From the NCBI GenBank assembly GCA_046581755.1, contig JAYGFR010000103.1:1-64000 (forward strand): a DNA stretch of 64,000 bases, written 5' to 3'. This document shows positions 54,664 to 64,000 of this stretch, piece after piece (position 1 is the stretch's first letter; each line of letters starts with the position of its first letter). The stretch is from Nitrospinota bacterium (GTDB lineage Bacteria > UBA8248). The translations under genes were made by a program, and so were the position numbers. The notes beneath the pieces were generated by a model, which saw nothing but the letters and a program-made list of their open reading frames with translations, was not told the origin of the DNA and searched no databases.

Positions 54664-55638
54664 CTACACGTTCAACACCACCTTCCCCAAAAATTTTCCG
54701 CTCAGGACCAGTTCGTGCGAATCGTTGGCCTCATCGAGCGGAAGCTCGCGGCCGATATGAGGGTGGATGTCCCCCCGCTCGAGGAGGGGCCTCAGATGAA
54801 GGAGGGCCTTGGGGATATGCGGGGCCATGTTGGCCGAGGAGATTCCCATCATCCGCGCGTCCCGGCTCATGGCCGGGCGGAGCGAGATCGTCACCTCCGA
54901 GCCCTTCCCCGTGCCCCCGCCGACGATGACGATGCGCCCGTTCAGGGCGAGGAGTTCGAGGTCGCCGGCCAGATTGTCGCTGGCGGCGGTTTCGACCACC
55001 ACGTCCGCCCCCCGCCCGGCGGTCACCTCCTTCACCCGCTCGGGAACGTTGCTCTCCCGGTAGTTGATCACCTCCTCGGCGCCCGCCTCCCGGCAAAAAT
55101 CGGCCTTTTCCTCCGAACTCACCGTCGCCAGCACGCGGCAGCCCATGTGCCGGGCCAGCTGAATCGCCAGATGGCCGACGCCACCCGCGCCGCCCTGGAC
55201 GAGCACCGTCTCGCCAAGCCCCGCTTCGCCCTTGATCACCAGAGCGTTCCAGGCCGTGAGGAGGGGAATCGGCAGGCAGGCTCCCTCTTCGGAGGTCAGG
55301 CTGTCCGGAAGGATTCCGGTCGCCGCCGCCGAGAGGACGCCCTTTTCGGCGTACCCCCCGGTCAGGGAGCGGCCCCACACCCGGTCCCCGGCCTTGATGG
55401 CGTCCACGCCCTCGCCCACGGTCTCCACCTCGCCCGAAACGTCTGTACCGCAAACCATGGGGAGCTGCATCATCTTCGAGCGTGGATGATTGCCCGAGCG
55501 AATCGAAATTTCGAGCGGGTTGACCCCCGCCGCGCGAACGCGCACCACCACCTGCCCCGGCCCCGCCTGGGGGGCAGACAGGTCCTCCACCACCATGGGG
55601 GTATCGAGTCCGAGCTTATGAACGCTGACCGCTTTCAT
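54664..55638 (-). CDS. NADPH:quinone reductase (zeta-crystallin-like MDR)
   Basis: AAGVNP, GGYAE, TAWNAL, LVQGGAGGVG, GKVVL. Confidence 0.9.
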   Translation of the reverse strand: MKAVSVHKLGLDTPMVVEDLSAPQAGPGQVVVRVRAAGVNPLEISIRSGNHPRSKMMQLPMVCGTDVSGEVETVGEGVDAIKAGDRVWGRSLTGGYAEKGVLSAAATGILPDSLTSEEGACLPIPLLTAWNALVIKGEAGLGETVLVQGGAGGVGHLAIQLARHMGCRVLATVSSEEKADFCREAGAEEVINYRESNVPERVKEVTAGRGADVVVETAASDNLAGDLELLALNGRIVIVGGGTGKGSEVTISLRPAMSRDARMMGISSANMAPHIPKALLHLRPLLERGDIHPHIGRELPLDEANDSHELVLSGKFLGKVVLNV

Positions 55639-56609
55639 GGCGTGAGCACCACCTTTCCGATAAATTTTCCACTTAACACGACATCGTGCGCCTTGTTGGC
55701 CGATTCCATCGGCAGCGCCCGGTCGATGTGGATCTTGAGCGTCCCCTCGCGGAGAACCGGCGTGAAGCGCCGGATCAGTTCGCCCATCTTGGGGATGAGG
55801 TTCACCACCGCGAGGCCGAGCACCCGCGCGTCCTTGGTCATCACCGAGGGCACCCGAAAATCCGTCATGGGTCCTATTCCGGTTCCGGTGCCGATGACGA
55901 TGACGCGCCCATCGATGCAGATGGCATCGAGATCCTTGTCGAAATTATCGCAAGCGGCGAGTTCGACGATGACATCCACCCCGCGCCCGCCGGTGAGTTC
56001 CATGCACCGCTCGGCGAAATTCTCCTCGCGGTAGTTGATCGTCTCATCGGCGCCGAGGCTCCGGCAATAATCCGCCTTCTCTCCGGAACTCACCGTCGCG
56101 AACACCCGGCAGCCCATCCGCTTGGCGATCTGAATCGCGGCGCTGCCGACGCCCCCGGCCCCGCCCTGGACGAGAACCGTCTCGCCGGGCCCTGCCTCAG
56201 CCTTGATCACCAGGGCGTTCCAGGCCGTGTAGAAGGGAACCGTGATGCCCGCGCCCTCCTCGTAGCTGTAAGCCTCGGGAAGCTCGGCGGCCCCATCCGC
56301 CGGGAGGCGCACCAGTTCCGCGTAGCCGCCCCCCATCGCCCGCCCGTAGACGCGCTGGCCCACCTCGAAGCCCTCCACACCCTCGCCGATGGCCACCACC
56401 TCGCCCGCCGCCTCGGCGCCCGGGACGTAGGGGGGCGTCACCATCTTCGCATAGGGGTGCTTGTTCGCCCGGATGGCGATGTCCACCGGGTTGACACCCA
56501 TCGCTCCCGCCCGGATCAGAAGCTCTCCCGGCTGGGCTGCGGCGTCCTCGATTTCCTCTTCCTGCATCGGAACGGATAGATCAAACTTGTGTACGCGAAC
56601 CGCTTTCAT
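55635..56609 (-). CDS. NADPH:quinone reductase, tandem paralogue
   Basis: MGVNPVD, PYVPGAE, TAWNALVIKAE, LVQGGAGGVG; same length (324 aa) as its neighbour, ATGA overlap. Confidence 0.9.
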   Translation of the reverse strand: MKAVRVHKFDLSVPMQEEEIEDAAAQPGELLIRAGAMGVNPVDIAIRANKHPYAKMVTPPYVPGAEAAGEVVAIGEGVEGFEVGQRVYGRAMGGGYAELVRLPADGAAELPEAYSYEEGAGITVPFYTAWNALVIKAEAGPGETVLVQGGAGGVGSAAIQIAKRMGCRVFATVSSGEKADYCRSLGADETINYREENFAERCMELTGGRGVDVIVELAACDNFDKDLDAICIDGRVIVIGTGTGIGPMTDFRVPSVMTKDARVLGLAVVNLIPKMGELIRRFTPVLREGTLKIHIDRALPMESANKAHDVVLSGKFIGKVVLTP

Positions 56610-56669
56610 GGCATCCCTTTCAGGTTGAATAAATGACGAATTGACGCGAATGAACCCCCCGACCCCGGA

Positions 56670-57725
56670 TTATTTTTTTTTGGGTGAAACCGGGAATCTG
56701 TCGACCATATATTCTTCGCTATCGATGAGATGCACAAGGTCCGCCGCCGCCTTGCGCACCCGCCGCATCAGGGGCGAGCCCAGGTCCGGCTTGACGGCGA
56801 CCCGCTCGGCGCCCCGCCGCGCCGCCTCCTTGTCGCCCAGCCGGTAGTCGCATCGCGCGATGCGCCATTCGGCGTAATTCGCATAAAACCCCTCGACCCT
56901 GCCCTCGATGTGCCGGAAGCGCCCGCGCAGCCTCCGGAACATCGCCCTTGCGCGCTTGTATTTTTTTTGAACGAAATACCCCTCCGCATGGGCGAAGCGG
57001 TAGTGGGGCTGATCGGGATAGTCCCCGATGAGCCCGGCGAGGACGGCGCGGGCATCGGCGAATTTGTTGTCCGCATAAAATGCGTAGACTAGCTCGATCC
57101 GCGCCAGGTCCCGGAGCCATCTGCCGCCCCTGGCAACCCGGCGCATGTAGCGAATCCCGGTATCGCCCGTGTCGCCGAGCAGCGGGGCCAGGTCGCGGAG
57201 CCATTTGGCCCGGCTACGCCAGAAATAATAGAGGCCCAGCCCGTAGTAGGCGTCCTCGAGCTTTGGGTTCAGGGCGATCGCCCGCTCGAGATAGCGCTTG
57301 GTTTTCAGGCTCCTTATGAGCGCCCGGACGTAGCTCTTCCGCCGGGAAGCCGCCAGCGCCCGCATTCCGGCTGCCAGACCCCCGAGAAGATAGGCCTCGG
57401 CATCCTTCGGGGCCGCCTTGATCCGTTCCTCGGCGAGGGCGGCCGCCCGCGCGGCGTTTTTCTCGAATCCCTCCCGGAAGGGCGGATCCTCAAAATGCCC
57501 GGCCAGGATGCTGTAGACCGAGGCGAGGAAAAAATAGCCCCTGGGATCGCCGGGCGCTTTTTTCACCACGCCCTCGAACTCGCGCAGGGCCTCCTCGTAG
57601 CCGCCGGCGGCGGTGGCCCGGAGGCCCCGCCGGATGCCGGCTTCGAGAGGAGAAGCCGCCCGGGCCGGCGCGGGCGCGGCGATGACCAAAAAAATAGCAG
57701 TGGCGAACCCAGCGGCTCGGCGCAA
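56670..57725 (-). CDS. Exported TPR-repeat protein
   Basis: Signal peptide (AxA), TPR patterns PGDPRGYF, PKDAEAYL, RAIALNPKLEDAYYGLG. Confidence 0.8.
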   Translation of the reverse strand: MRRAAGFATAIFLVIAAPAPARAASPLEAGIRRGLRATAAGGYEEALREFEGVVKKAPGDPRGYFFLASVYSILAGHFEDPPFREGFEKNAARAAALAEERIKAAPKDAEAYLLGGLAAGMRALAASRRKSYVRALIRSLKTKRYLERAIALNPKLEDAYYGLGLYYFWRSRAKWLRDLAPLLGDTGDTGIRYMRRVARGGRWLRDLARIELVYAFYADNKFADARAVLAGLIGDYPDQPHYRFAHAEGYFVQKKYKRARAMFRRLRGRFRHIEGRVEGFYANYAEWRIARCDYRLGDKEAARRGAERVAVKPDLGSPLMRRVRKAAADLVHLIDSEEYMVDRFPVSPKKK

Positions 57726-57823
57726 TGGATTTTCTCCTTATAAAGACACGCTACCAAAGCCCCGCGCCCGCTATCAACATCGCGTCCCGGCCCCGGCGCC
57801 TCCCGGAATGGCCCCAGGAGAAA

Positions 57824-57880
57824 ATCCACCGGGGGCACATCCAGCGAGGGCACATCCAGCGGGAGCCCCCTCGCTGGATG
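57824..57880. repeat. 3 x 15-bp tandem repeat followed by an inverted copy
   Basis: ATCCACCGGGGGCAC ATCCAGCGAGGGCAC ATCCAGCGGGAGCCC, then CCCTCGCTGGATG, the reverse complement of CATCCAGCGAGGG. Confidence 0.75.
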
Positions 57881-57947
57881 CCCAAGATTCCGCTATCTTC
57901 CCTGGGAGCGGGAGAGCCCTCCCGCCGGACAGGAGCGAGGCGGTGAC

Positions 57948-59273
57948 ATGCCGGAAACCGGCCCCCCCGAGGGGGCGCTGCACATTATCAACGCGCTGCG
58001 CGGGCGCGGCCATCGGGCGCTCCTGGCGGGCGGTTGCGTCCGCGACCGGGCGATGGGCCGTGCGCCGACGGACTGGGACATCGCCTCCGGGGCGGACCCC
58101 GGTGAGGTCGCCCGCCTCTTCGAGCGCACCGAGGCCGTGGGCGCGAAGTTCGGGGTCGTCCTCGTCATCCTGCCCGACGGGGAGTATGAGGTCGCCCAGT
58201 TCCGCACCGAGGAGGCCTACCTCGACGGTCGCCACCCGAGCGCCGTTCATCCCGCCGGGGAGGAAGAGGACGCCCGGCGGCGCGATTTTTCGATCAACGG
58301 CATGTTCCTCGACCCGGTCGAGGGAAAGATCATCGACTACGTCGGAGGGCAAGAGGACATCGATAGGCGCTTGATCCGGGCCATCGGCGATCCCGCCCGG
58401 CGCTTCGAGGAGGACCACTTGCGCCTCCTGCGCGCGGTGCGGTTCGCGGCGCGGTTCGACTACGCCATCGAGGAGGAAACCCTCGCTGCCGTCAAAAAGC
58501 TCGTCCCCCGCATCCGGCGCACGAGCGCCGAGCGCGTGCGCGCCGAACTCACGATGATGCTCACCGGCCCCCATCCGGAGCGCGCCTTCGAGCTGCTCCG
58601 GGAAACCGGCCTCCTTCGGGAGGTATTGCCCGAGGCGGCCGAGATGGAGGGCGTGGAGCAGCCGCCCCAGTTTCACCCCGAGGGCGACGTATGGACCCAC
58701 GTCATGATGGTTCTCGCCCAGCTTCGCGATCCGGGCCCCGCCCTCGCCTGGGCCGCGCTCCTGCACGATGTGGGAAAACCCGCGACCTACGCCGTGACCG
58801 ACCGGATCCGCTTCAACGGCCATGCGGCGGCGGGCGCGCGGATTTCGGAGGAGATTTGCGAGCGCCTGAAAATACCGGGCGAGACGGCGGAGCGAATCCG
58901 CGATATCGTCAGGGACCACATGAAGTTCATGAACGTCCGGAAAATGCGCGAGTCCACCCTGAAGCGCTTCCTGCGGGAGCCACACTTTTCTGAACTCCTG
59001 GAGCTCCACCGGATCGACTGCCTGGCAAGCCACGGAAATCTCGCCACGCGCGATTTTTGCCTGGAAAAACGGGCCGGGATAACCGAGGAAGACCTCCGCC
59101 CCGCACGAATTCTGGACGGCCACGATCTGGCCGCGATGGGATTCGAGCCGGGTCCGCCCTTCGGGGAGATATTAAGGGCTGTCGAGGACGAACAACTCGA
59201 GGGCCGGGTGCGGACGAGGGAGGCGGCCGAGGCGTTCGTGAACGAGCGCTTCGGCGCGCTGCGGAGTGGATAG
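57948..59273 (+). CDS. cca: CCA-adding / tRNA nucleotidyltransferase with HD domain
   Basis: GGCVRD, DWDIA, RRDFSIN, EDHLRLLRAVRF, HPEGDVWTH, ALLHDVGKP. Confidence 0.93.
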   Translation: MPETGPPEGALHIINALRGRGHRALLAGGCVRDRAMGRAPTDWDIASGADPGEVARLFERTEAVGAKFGVVLVILPDGEYEVAQFRTEEAYLDGRHPSAVHPAGEEEDARRRDFSINGMFLDPVEGKIIDYVGGQEDIDRRLIRAIGDPARRFEEDHLRLLRAVRFAARFDYAIEEETLAAVKKLVPRIRRTSAERVRAELTMMLTGPHPERAFELLRETGLLREVLPEAAEMEGVEQPPQFHPEGDVWTHVMMVLAQLRDPGPALAWAALLHDVGKPATYAVTDRIRFNGHAAAGARISEEICERLKIPGETAERIRDIVRDHMKFMNVRKMRESTLKRFLREPHFSELLELHRIDCLASHGNLATRDFCLEKRAGITEEDLRPARILDGHDLAAMGFEPGPPFGEILRAVEDEQLEGRVRTREAAEAFVNERFGALRSG

Positions 59274-59350
59274 GGACCGCACCCGATTTTGCGGGACCTG
59301 ACTTTTGCAGGCCGTTTTTTTTCAAGGCCCGTGTTTTTTAGGAGACTCCG

Positions 59351-59902
59351 GTGAACGGCGAGCGGAACGGAGGCACCATTCTCATGAGGGAGCGAGAGCT
59401 CGAACTGGCTCTCCGCCGGATGGCCTCTGAGATCGCCGAAATTTGCGCGGGCGATCCGCATCTGGCCCTCATCGGGGTGCGCACGCGCGGAGAACCCCTC
59501 GCCCAGCGGCTGGCCCGCTTGGTCGAGGAGATGGAGGAGATCGAGCCGCCCGTGGGCACGCTCGACATCGGAATCCACCGGGACGACGTGGACCACCCCG
59601 GCGGGGGAAGAATTTTCGGCCCCACCGAGATCGGCTTTGACCTCGCCGAGCGGCAGATCGTCCTGGTGGACGATGTATTCTTCACCGGGCGCACGGTCCG
59701 CGCCGCCCTCGATGCGCTGGCCGAAATCGGGCGGCCGCGCCGGGTATGGCTCGCTGTCCTGATCGACCGGGGGCACCGCGAGCTTCCCTTCCGGCCCGAT
59801 TTCACCGGAAAAAACGTACCCACCGCCACCGCCGAGCGAGTCAACGTCCGCCTCCGGGAGGTGGACGGCGAGGACGGCGTATGGCTGGTCAGGCCCGCCT
59901 GA
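59351..59902 (+). CDS. pyrR: Second PyrR paralogue
   Basis: [60 protein letters not shown]. Confidence 0.92.
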   Translation: MNGERNGGTILMRERELELALRRMASEIAEICAGDPHLALIGVRTRGEPLAQRLARLVEEMEEIEPPVGTLDIGIHRDDVDHPGGGRIFGPTEIGFDLAERQIVLVDDVFFTGRTVRAALDALAEIGRPRRVWLAVLIDRGHRELPFRPDFTGKNVPTATAERVNVRLREVDGEDGVWLVRPA

Positions 59903-59946
59903 GGGGCGGCGCATTTCTTTCGGCCTCATAGCGAACGGAGAAAATC

Positions 59947-60345
59947 ATGTTCAACAAGGTGCACCACATCGGCATCGCGGTGAAGGACATGGACGGGGCC
60001 ATCGCCCTCTACAAGGGCGCGGGGGCGAAGCTGCTCGGACGCGAGTCCTCCAAGGACGGCAACGTGGACCTCGCCATGCTCGATCTGGGCGGGGACCTGA
60101 TCGAACCCCTCTCCCCCATTCGGGGAGAATCGGAAATCTCGAAATTCATCGAGCGCCACGAGGAGGGCGTCCACCACGTGGCCTATGAGGTGGACGACAT
60201 CAAGGCCGAGATGGCCCGCCTGAAGGCGGAAGGGTTCAAGCTGATCGACGAGGTTCCCCGGCCCGGATTCATGGGCCACATCATCGCCTTCATCGAACCC
60301 CAAAGCACGATGGGCACCCTCTGGGAACTGGTCGAGAAGGAATAG
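59947..60345 (+). CDS. mce: Methylmalonyl-CoA epimerase (VOC family)
   Basis: VHHIGIAV, ISKFIE, EGVHHVAYEVDDI, GTLWELVE. Confidence 0.8.
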   Translation: MFNKVHHIGIAVKDMDGAIALYKGAGAKLLGRESSKDGNVDLAMLDLGGDLIEPLSPIRGESEISKFIERHEEGVHHVAYEVDDIKAEMARLKAEGFKLIDEVPRPGFMGHIIAFIEPQSTMGTLWELVEKE

Positions 60346-60374
60346 CCGCCGCGCCCGGGCCGGGATTCCGCCGC

Positions 60375-61199
60375 TCACCTCCGGGGCGGCTTGGAGGGCA
60401 TCTCAACGATCCGGACTATGTGATCGCCGGAGACAGGGCGCCCGCCCTGCCTGCGCTGGATCCCCCAGCCCTTGAGGCGAAAGGTCCGGCCCGGAGCCGT
60501 TCGGGGCGGAATCTCGACGTGGGCGGCGCCCCGGACGGTGAAGACGCGCACGGTTCCCCCGGCGATCAGGCGGAACCGGGGGACGCCCACCTCGCTGTGC
60601 ACGTCGAGGCCGCGCCGCTCCAAGGCGGGATGGCGCGCCGAGGTCACCGTGAGAACCAGGTCTCCCGGCCTGCCCCCCGCGCTGCCAGGAGCCCCCTCCA
60701 TGGGAACCCGGACCTTCTCCCCGTCCTCGAGGCCGGAGGGAAGGAGGGCGTTCACGAGCGCCTCCTCGAATATCTCGCCCGCCCCGCCGCACACCTTGCA
60801 CGATCCCACCCCGGACGCCTCGGACAACCCGGGCGACCCGCCGCAATCCGGGCAGGCGAAGGGCCGCTGTATCCGGACGCCGACCTCACCGCCCGCAGCC
60901 GCCTCGAGGAAATCCACCATGATGTCGAAGTGAAGATCGCGCCCCCGCGCCGACAGGTCGTCCGAGGCGTCCAGGGTGGGGGGTGCATCCTCTCCCGCCC
61001 CCGAGATCAGCGCCTGGTAGGCCTCGCCGATCTCCTTGAAGCGCGCCTCCATTTCCAGCTGGCCGGCGTGGCGATCCGGATGAAATTCGAAGGCCAGCCG
61101 CCGGTAGGCGCGGTGAATATCCTCCTGCGCGGCGGTCCCCGAGAGGCCCAGAATCGCAAGTGCGCTCTTTTTCGAAATCGGAGGCGGTTTGGGAGACAA
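60375..61199 (-). CDS. DnaJ-family protein with a single Zn centre
   Basis: J domain with HPD, CPDCGG...CKVCGGAG, C-terminal PGDLVL...ERRGLDV...LKGWG; GGAGG RBS before a TTG start. Confidence 0.85.
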   Translation of the reverse strand: MSPKPPPISKKSALAILGLSGTAAQEDIHRAYRRLAFEFHPDRHAGQLEMEARFKEIGEAYQALISGAGEDAPPTLDASDDLSARGRDLHFDIMVDFLEAAAGGEVGVRIQRPFACPDCGGSPGLSEASGVGSCKVCGGAGEIFEEALVNALLPSGLEDGEKVRVPMEGAPGSAGGRPGDLVLTVTSARHPALERRGLDVHSEVGVPRFRLIAGGTVRVFTVRGAAHVEIPPRTAPGRTFRLKGWGIQRRQGGRPVSGDHIVRIVEMPSKPPRR

Positions 61200-61300
61200 G
61201 GGGCTCCCTCCTTCGGGCGGAGGCGCGAAATGCGCCCGCCCCCCTATTTTTTCACCGATTCGCCAGGAGTCAAGGGGGGGGGCGGCGGTCGGGCCGACCC

Positions 61301-62176
61301 TCAGGGCGCGTTCACGGCGATCAGGACCACCCCGAGGAACAAGGCGATGGCGCCCACCCACTTCTGCCAGGTCAGGATTTCCTCGTCCCGGAGCCAGATC
61401 CGGGTGAAGATGAGGGCGAACAGCGGCGCGGCGTAGCCGATCGGGACGACGATGGAGACCGCCCCGAACTGGAAGGCCGAAAAGAAGACGAGGAACGAGA
61501 GCGAATTGAGGAGCCCGGTGAGAATCATCATCTTGTGGCCGCCCGGCTCGATGCGCCACCGCTCCTCGGGGGGAAGGAACGGCAGGAACACGAGCAAGGC
61601 GGGCAAGGACGCGAGGCTCGCGATGATGATGCCGATTAGAATGTCCGGGAACAGCAAAAGGGAAAACCGGCGCGACGTCGAGGCGAAGGCCATGACGATC
61701 GAATGCGCGACCGGAAGGAGGAGAAAAATCCGCCGCCAGTCCCTGTCGCGCTCGGGTTTGAGGGCGATGAGAAAACACCCCGAAACCACCAGGGCGGTGG
61801 CCCCGAAAATGGCCGGGCCCGGCCGCTCGCGCAGCCAGAGGATCGCCACCATCGTCGAGAGGAACGGGGTCATCGTGATCAGCGGCATCGCCCGGCCCAC
61901 CCCGACATACTTGATGGCGAGGTAGACCAGCGGGCGCGCCAGGCCGGGAGCCAGAAACCCGGTCAGCGAGAACCAAAGGACCGCCTCCCAGGTGAGTTTT
62001 CCCCAATCCGAGAAATAGAGAGAAAGGGCGAACATCACCGGCAGGCCGACCACGACGGAAATCAGCGAGGCCGAAAGGGCGCTGCCCAGGTGCATGGCCT
62101 TTCGGGCCATGACGCTGAACGCCCCGAATGTTATCGCCGCGGAGATGGCCAGCCCGATGGCGATATAGTTGTTCAA
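61301..62176 (-). CDS. DMT/EamA-family transporter
   Basis: Ten hydrophobic segments in two repeats; AILWLRERP, RIWLRDEE. Confidence 0.88.
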   Translation of the reverse strand: MNNYIAIGLAISAAITFGAFSVMARKAMHLGSALSASLISVVVGLPVMFALSLYFSDWGKLTWEAVLWFSLTGFLAPGLARPLVYLAIKYVGVGRAMPLITMTPFLSTMVAILWLRERPGPAIFGATALVVSGCFLIALKPERDRDWRRIFLLLPVAHSIVMAFASTSRRFSLLLFPDILIGIIIASLASLPALLVFLPFLPPEERWRIEPGGHKMMILTGLLNSLSFLVFFSAFQFGAVSIVVPIGYAAPLFALIFTRIWLRDEEILTWQKWVGAIALFLGVVLIAVNAP

Positions 62177-62336
62177 GGCGAACCCCTGGGTTTCGAAAAT
62201 GAAACGCGCGCGGGCGAGCCGCGCGTTCGGGCCGATGGGGGCGAACGGGAATGAGGCGGAAGCCCGGAGCGCCTGGCTCCCACCCCGGCTCCTCTAATGA
62301 ATGGCTGGCCCGCCAGGTGGAAGATGGCCCGCCGGG

Positions 62337-63560
62337 CTAGAAGTAGGTCTGCCCGGGCTCGACGGGGGGCGTCCACTCGCAATCGCCGAAGGGCCCATCG
62401 CCGTTTTCCTTCACGTAGGCGATCCGGTCATCGTTTACCTTGCTCTCGAATAGGGCGCGGTGGAGCCAATCGAGGATGTAATGATGGTTGTCCAGCCCGC
62501 CCAGGTTCGTCAGGTTCACCAGCGGGTGGAACTGGTTCTCGAACACCCACATTTCCTTTTTGCAAGTTAGATCGCTGTAGACCTCGATCGCGTCCTCGAG
62601 CGGGCAGAGGGGATCGAACTCGCCCGTGACGAGCAGGGTGGGACACGCCACCTTGTCCATGTAGCCCTTGACGGTCATCGTCCGGGCCATCTCGTCGAAT
62701 TCATCCTCGTCCGATATGCCCGCCATGTACATGAACACCTGCTTAAAGCGGGGGCTGGACTGGGTGAAGATGGTGTTGTTCGGGTTGAAGCAGGCCACGG
62801 CACTCGCCACGGCCGCGATCCGGCGGTCGTAGCTCGCGAGGCGGAGGGACCAGAAGCTACCCATGCTGATTCCGTAGATGCCGATCTTCGAGGGTTCGAC
62901 CTCCTCGCGCCCCAGCAGGTATTCGATGACGGCGGCGCCGGCGCGCTCGTAATTGTCCCCCACCGCGCGGATCTTCTGGATGTTCGAGTCCCCCTGTCCG
63001 GGGCCGTCCATGGTGATGACGTGGAAACCCCGCTCGGCGGCCACGTTGTGGCGCGCGTGGGGGAACGACTCCTTGGTCTGGTCCATGCCCGGAACGTAGA
63101 TGATGCAGGGCGCCTTCCGCCGGTCGGGCAGGAGATGGAGCAGGCAGGAGATCGTCTTCCCGTCGTCGAAGGGAATCTGAACGCGCTCGATGGGATAGGA
63201 GGCGACCTCCGAGCGGCGGTCCACCATCTCCTTGAGTTTATCGCAGAGATATATTTTCACCGGGTTGTCGTCGTAGAAGATCGGGTGCTGCGCCATCCGG
63301 TAGGCCTCGACGGCGTGATCGTAGTGCTCGGTGGCGGTGTGGTTGAACCCTTCGGCCTGGGCTTTTTTGGCGAGCTTCTCGTGGAACTCGGCCGATTCGC
63401 GCCAGACCTTGGGGAGCATCTGATAGTTGTGCGCCCGCTTTCCGCCGGGGACCTCCAGGTAGTCGCGCTCAAAATTCTGCACGCGCCCGCGCATGTTGAG
63501 CGCCAGGTCGAGCATCCACTGTTGGCTGTCGCGTTCGGTTCTGAGTTTCCGGATTGCCAT
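62337..63560 (-). CDS. Alpha/beta hydrolase (FrsA / 2,6-dihydroxypseudooxynicotine hydrolase-like)
   Basis: VPGMDQTKE, MDGPGQG, nucleophile elbow GISMG, GEFDPL, NQFH. Confidence 0.85.
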   Translation of the reverse strand: MAIRKLRTERDSQQWMLDLALNMRGRVQNFERDYLEVPGGKRAHNYQMLPKVWRESAEFHEKLAKKAQAEGFNHTATEHYDHAVEAYRMAQHPIFYDDNPVKIYLCDKLKEMVDRRSEVASYPIERVQIPFDDGKTISCLLHLLPDRRKAPCIIYVPGMDQTKESFPHARHNVAAERGFHVITMDGPGQGDSNIQKIRAVGDNYERAGAAVIEYLLGREEVEPSKIGIYGISMGSFWSLRLASYDRRIAAVASAVACFNPNNTIFTQSSPRFKQVFMYMAGISDEDEFDEMARTMTVKGYMDKVACPTLLVTGEFDPLCPLEDAIEVYSDLTCKKEMWVFENQFHPLVNLTNLGGLDNHHYILDWLHRALFESKVNDDRIAYVKENGDGPFGDCEWTPPVEPGQTYF

Positions 63561-63736
63561 TGCACATCTCCTGAAAAGAGCCGCACCGGCGAGCCGCGCC
63601 GGCAAGCCGCCGGCGGTGGAAGTGTTCCGAGTCGGTGCCTCGATGGGATAAGAAACCAGCCAAATGGTACGGCCACCCATGGAAGAGATCAACGAAGATA
63701 GCCGTTCGGGGGCCGAACTAAATATCGGGAGGAAAA

Positions 63737-64000
63737 CTAGTAAACGACGCCCTCATCGCGGAGGGCGTCGATCTCACCGGTCGAATAACCTTCCTCGGCC
63801 AGAACCTCGCCGGTGTGCTCGCCGAGGAGGGGGGGGGCGCCCTTCCGCGTCGAGGCGGCATCGAGGCGGTAGGGCGCCCCTATCATCTGGAGGGTTCCGA
63901 GTTCCGGGTGGGTTTCCCGGGTCAAAAAACCCATGGCGCGCATCTGCTCATCCTCGAGCAGGGCCGAGGACGGCCTTACCCTGGCGCTGGGAACCCCGGC
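63737..64000 (-). CDS. C-terminus of a family III CoA-transferase (CaiB/BaiF), partial
   Basis: HPELG...APPLLGEHTGEVLAEEGYSTGEIDALRDEGVV; the 5' part is outside the window. Confidence 0.85.
   Translation of the reverse strand, partial: AGVPSARVRPSSALLEDEQMRAMGFLTRETHPELGTLQMIGAPYRLDAASTRKGAPPLLGEHTGEVLAEEGYSTGEIDALRDEGVVY

Overview
GC-rich bacterial chromosomal window, mostly housekeeping genes: hisG, lepA-lepB, two tandem HtrA proteases, dgt, gdhA, a transaldolase-family enzyme, pyrR-pyrB-pyrC-carA...carB, two PPIases, mfd, rodZ, aroF, pdxA, cca and mce. There are small AT-rich accessory patches at 1-1000, 2200-2760 and 25390-27430. No rRNA, tRNA or CRISPR array was seen. About ten genes-breaking single-base deletions, mostly in homopolymers, look like long-read errors, so the 'pseudogene' calls are provisional. 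Main observations: (1) a tightly coupled yqeB - MoxR-type AAA+ ATPase - VWA - yqeC - xdhC cluster, a candidate chaperone-assisted maturation system for selenium-dependent molybdenum hydroxylases; (2) a complete leader-peptide attenuator upstream of DAHP synthase with Trp, Phe and Tyr control codons (WWRGRFYFGF); (3) in-frame TGA codons in pyrB and at a Cys position of an HNH nuclease; (4) a 156-bp MITE with a 5-bp target duplication inside a nuclease gene, next to a ThsB-like TIR gene lacking its catalytic Glu; (5) several likely pseudo-enzymes or unusual fusions (TPR-signal peptidase Lys->Glu, CI-like regulator with a dead S24 domain, SurA with a C2-like tail, LepB with a ~80 aa insert, a Glu-type class III cyclase). 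All family assignments come from motif recognition by eye; no database searches were run.
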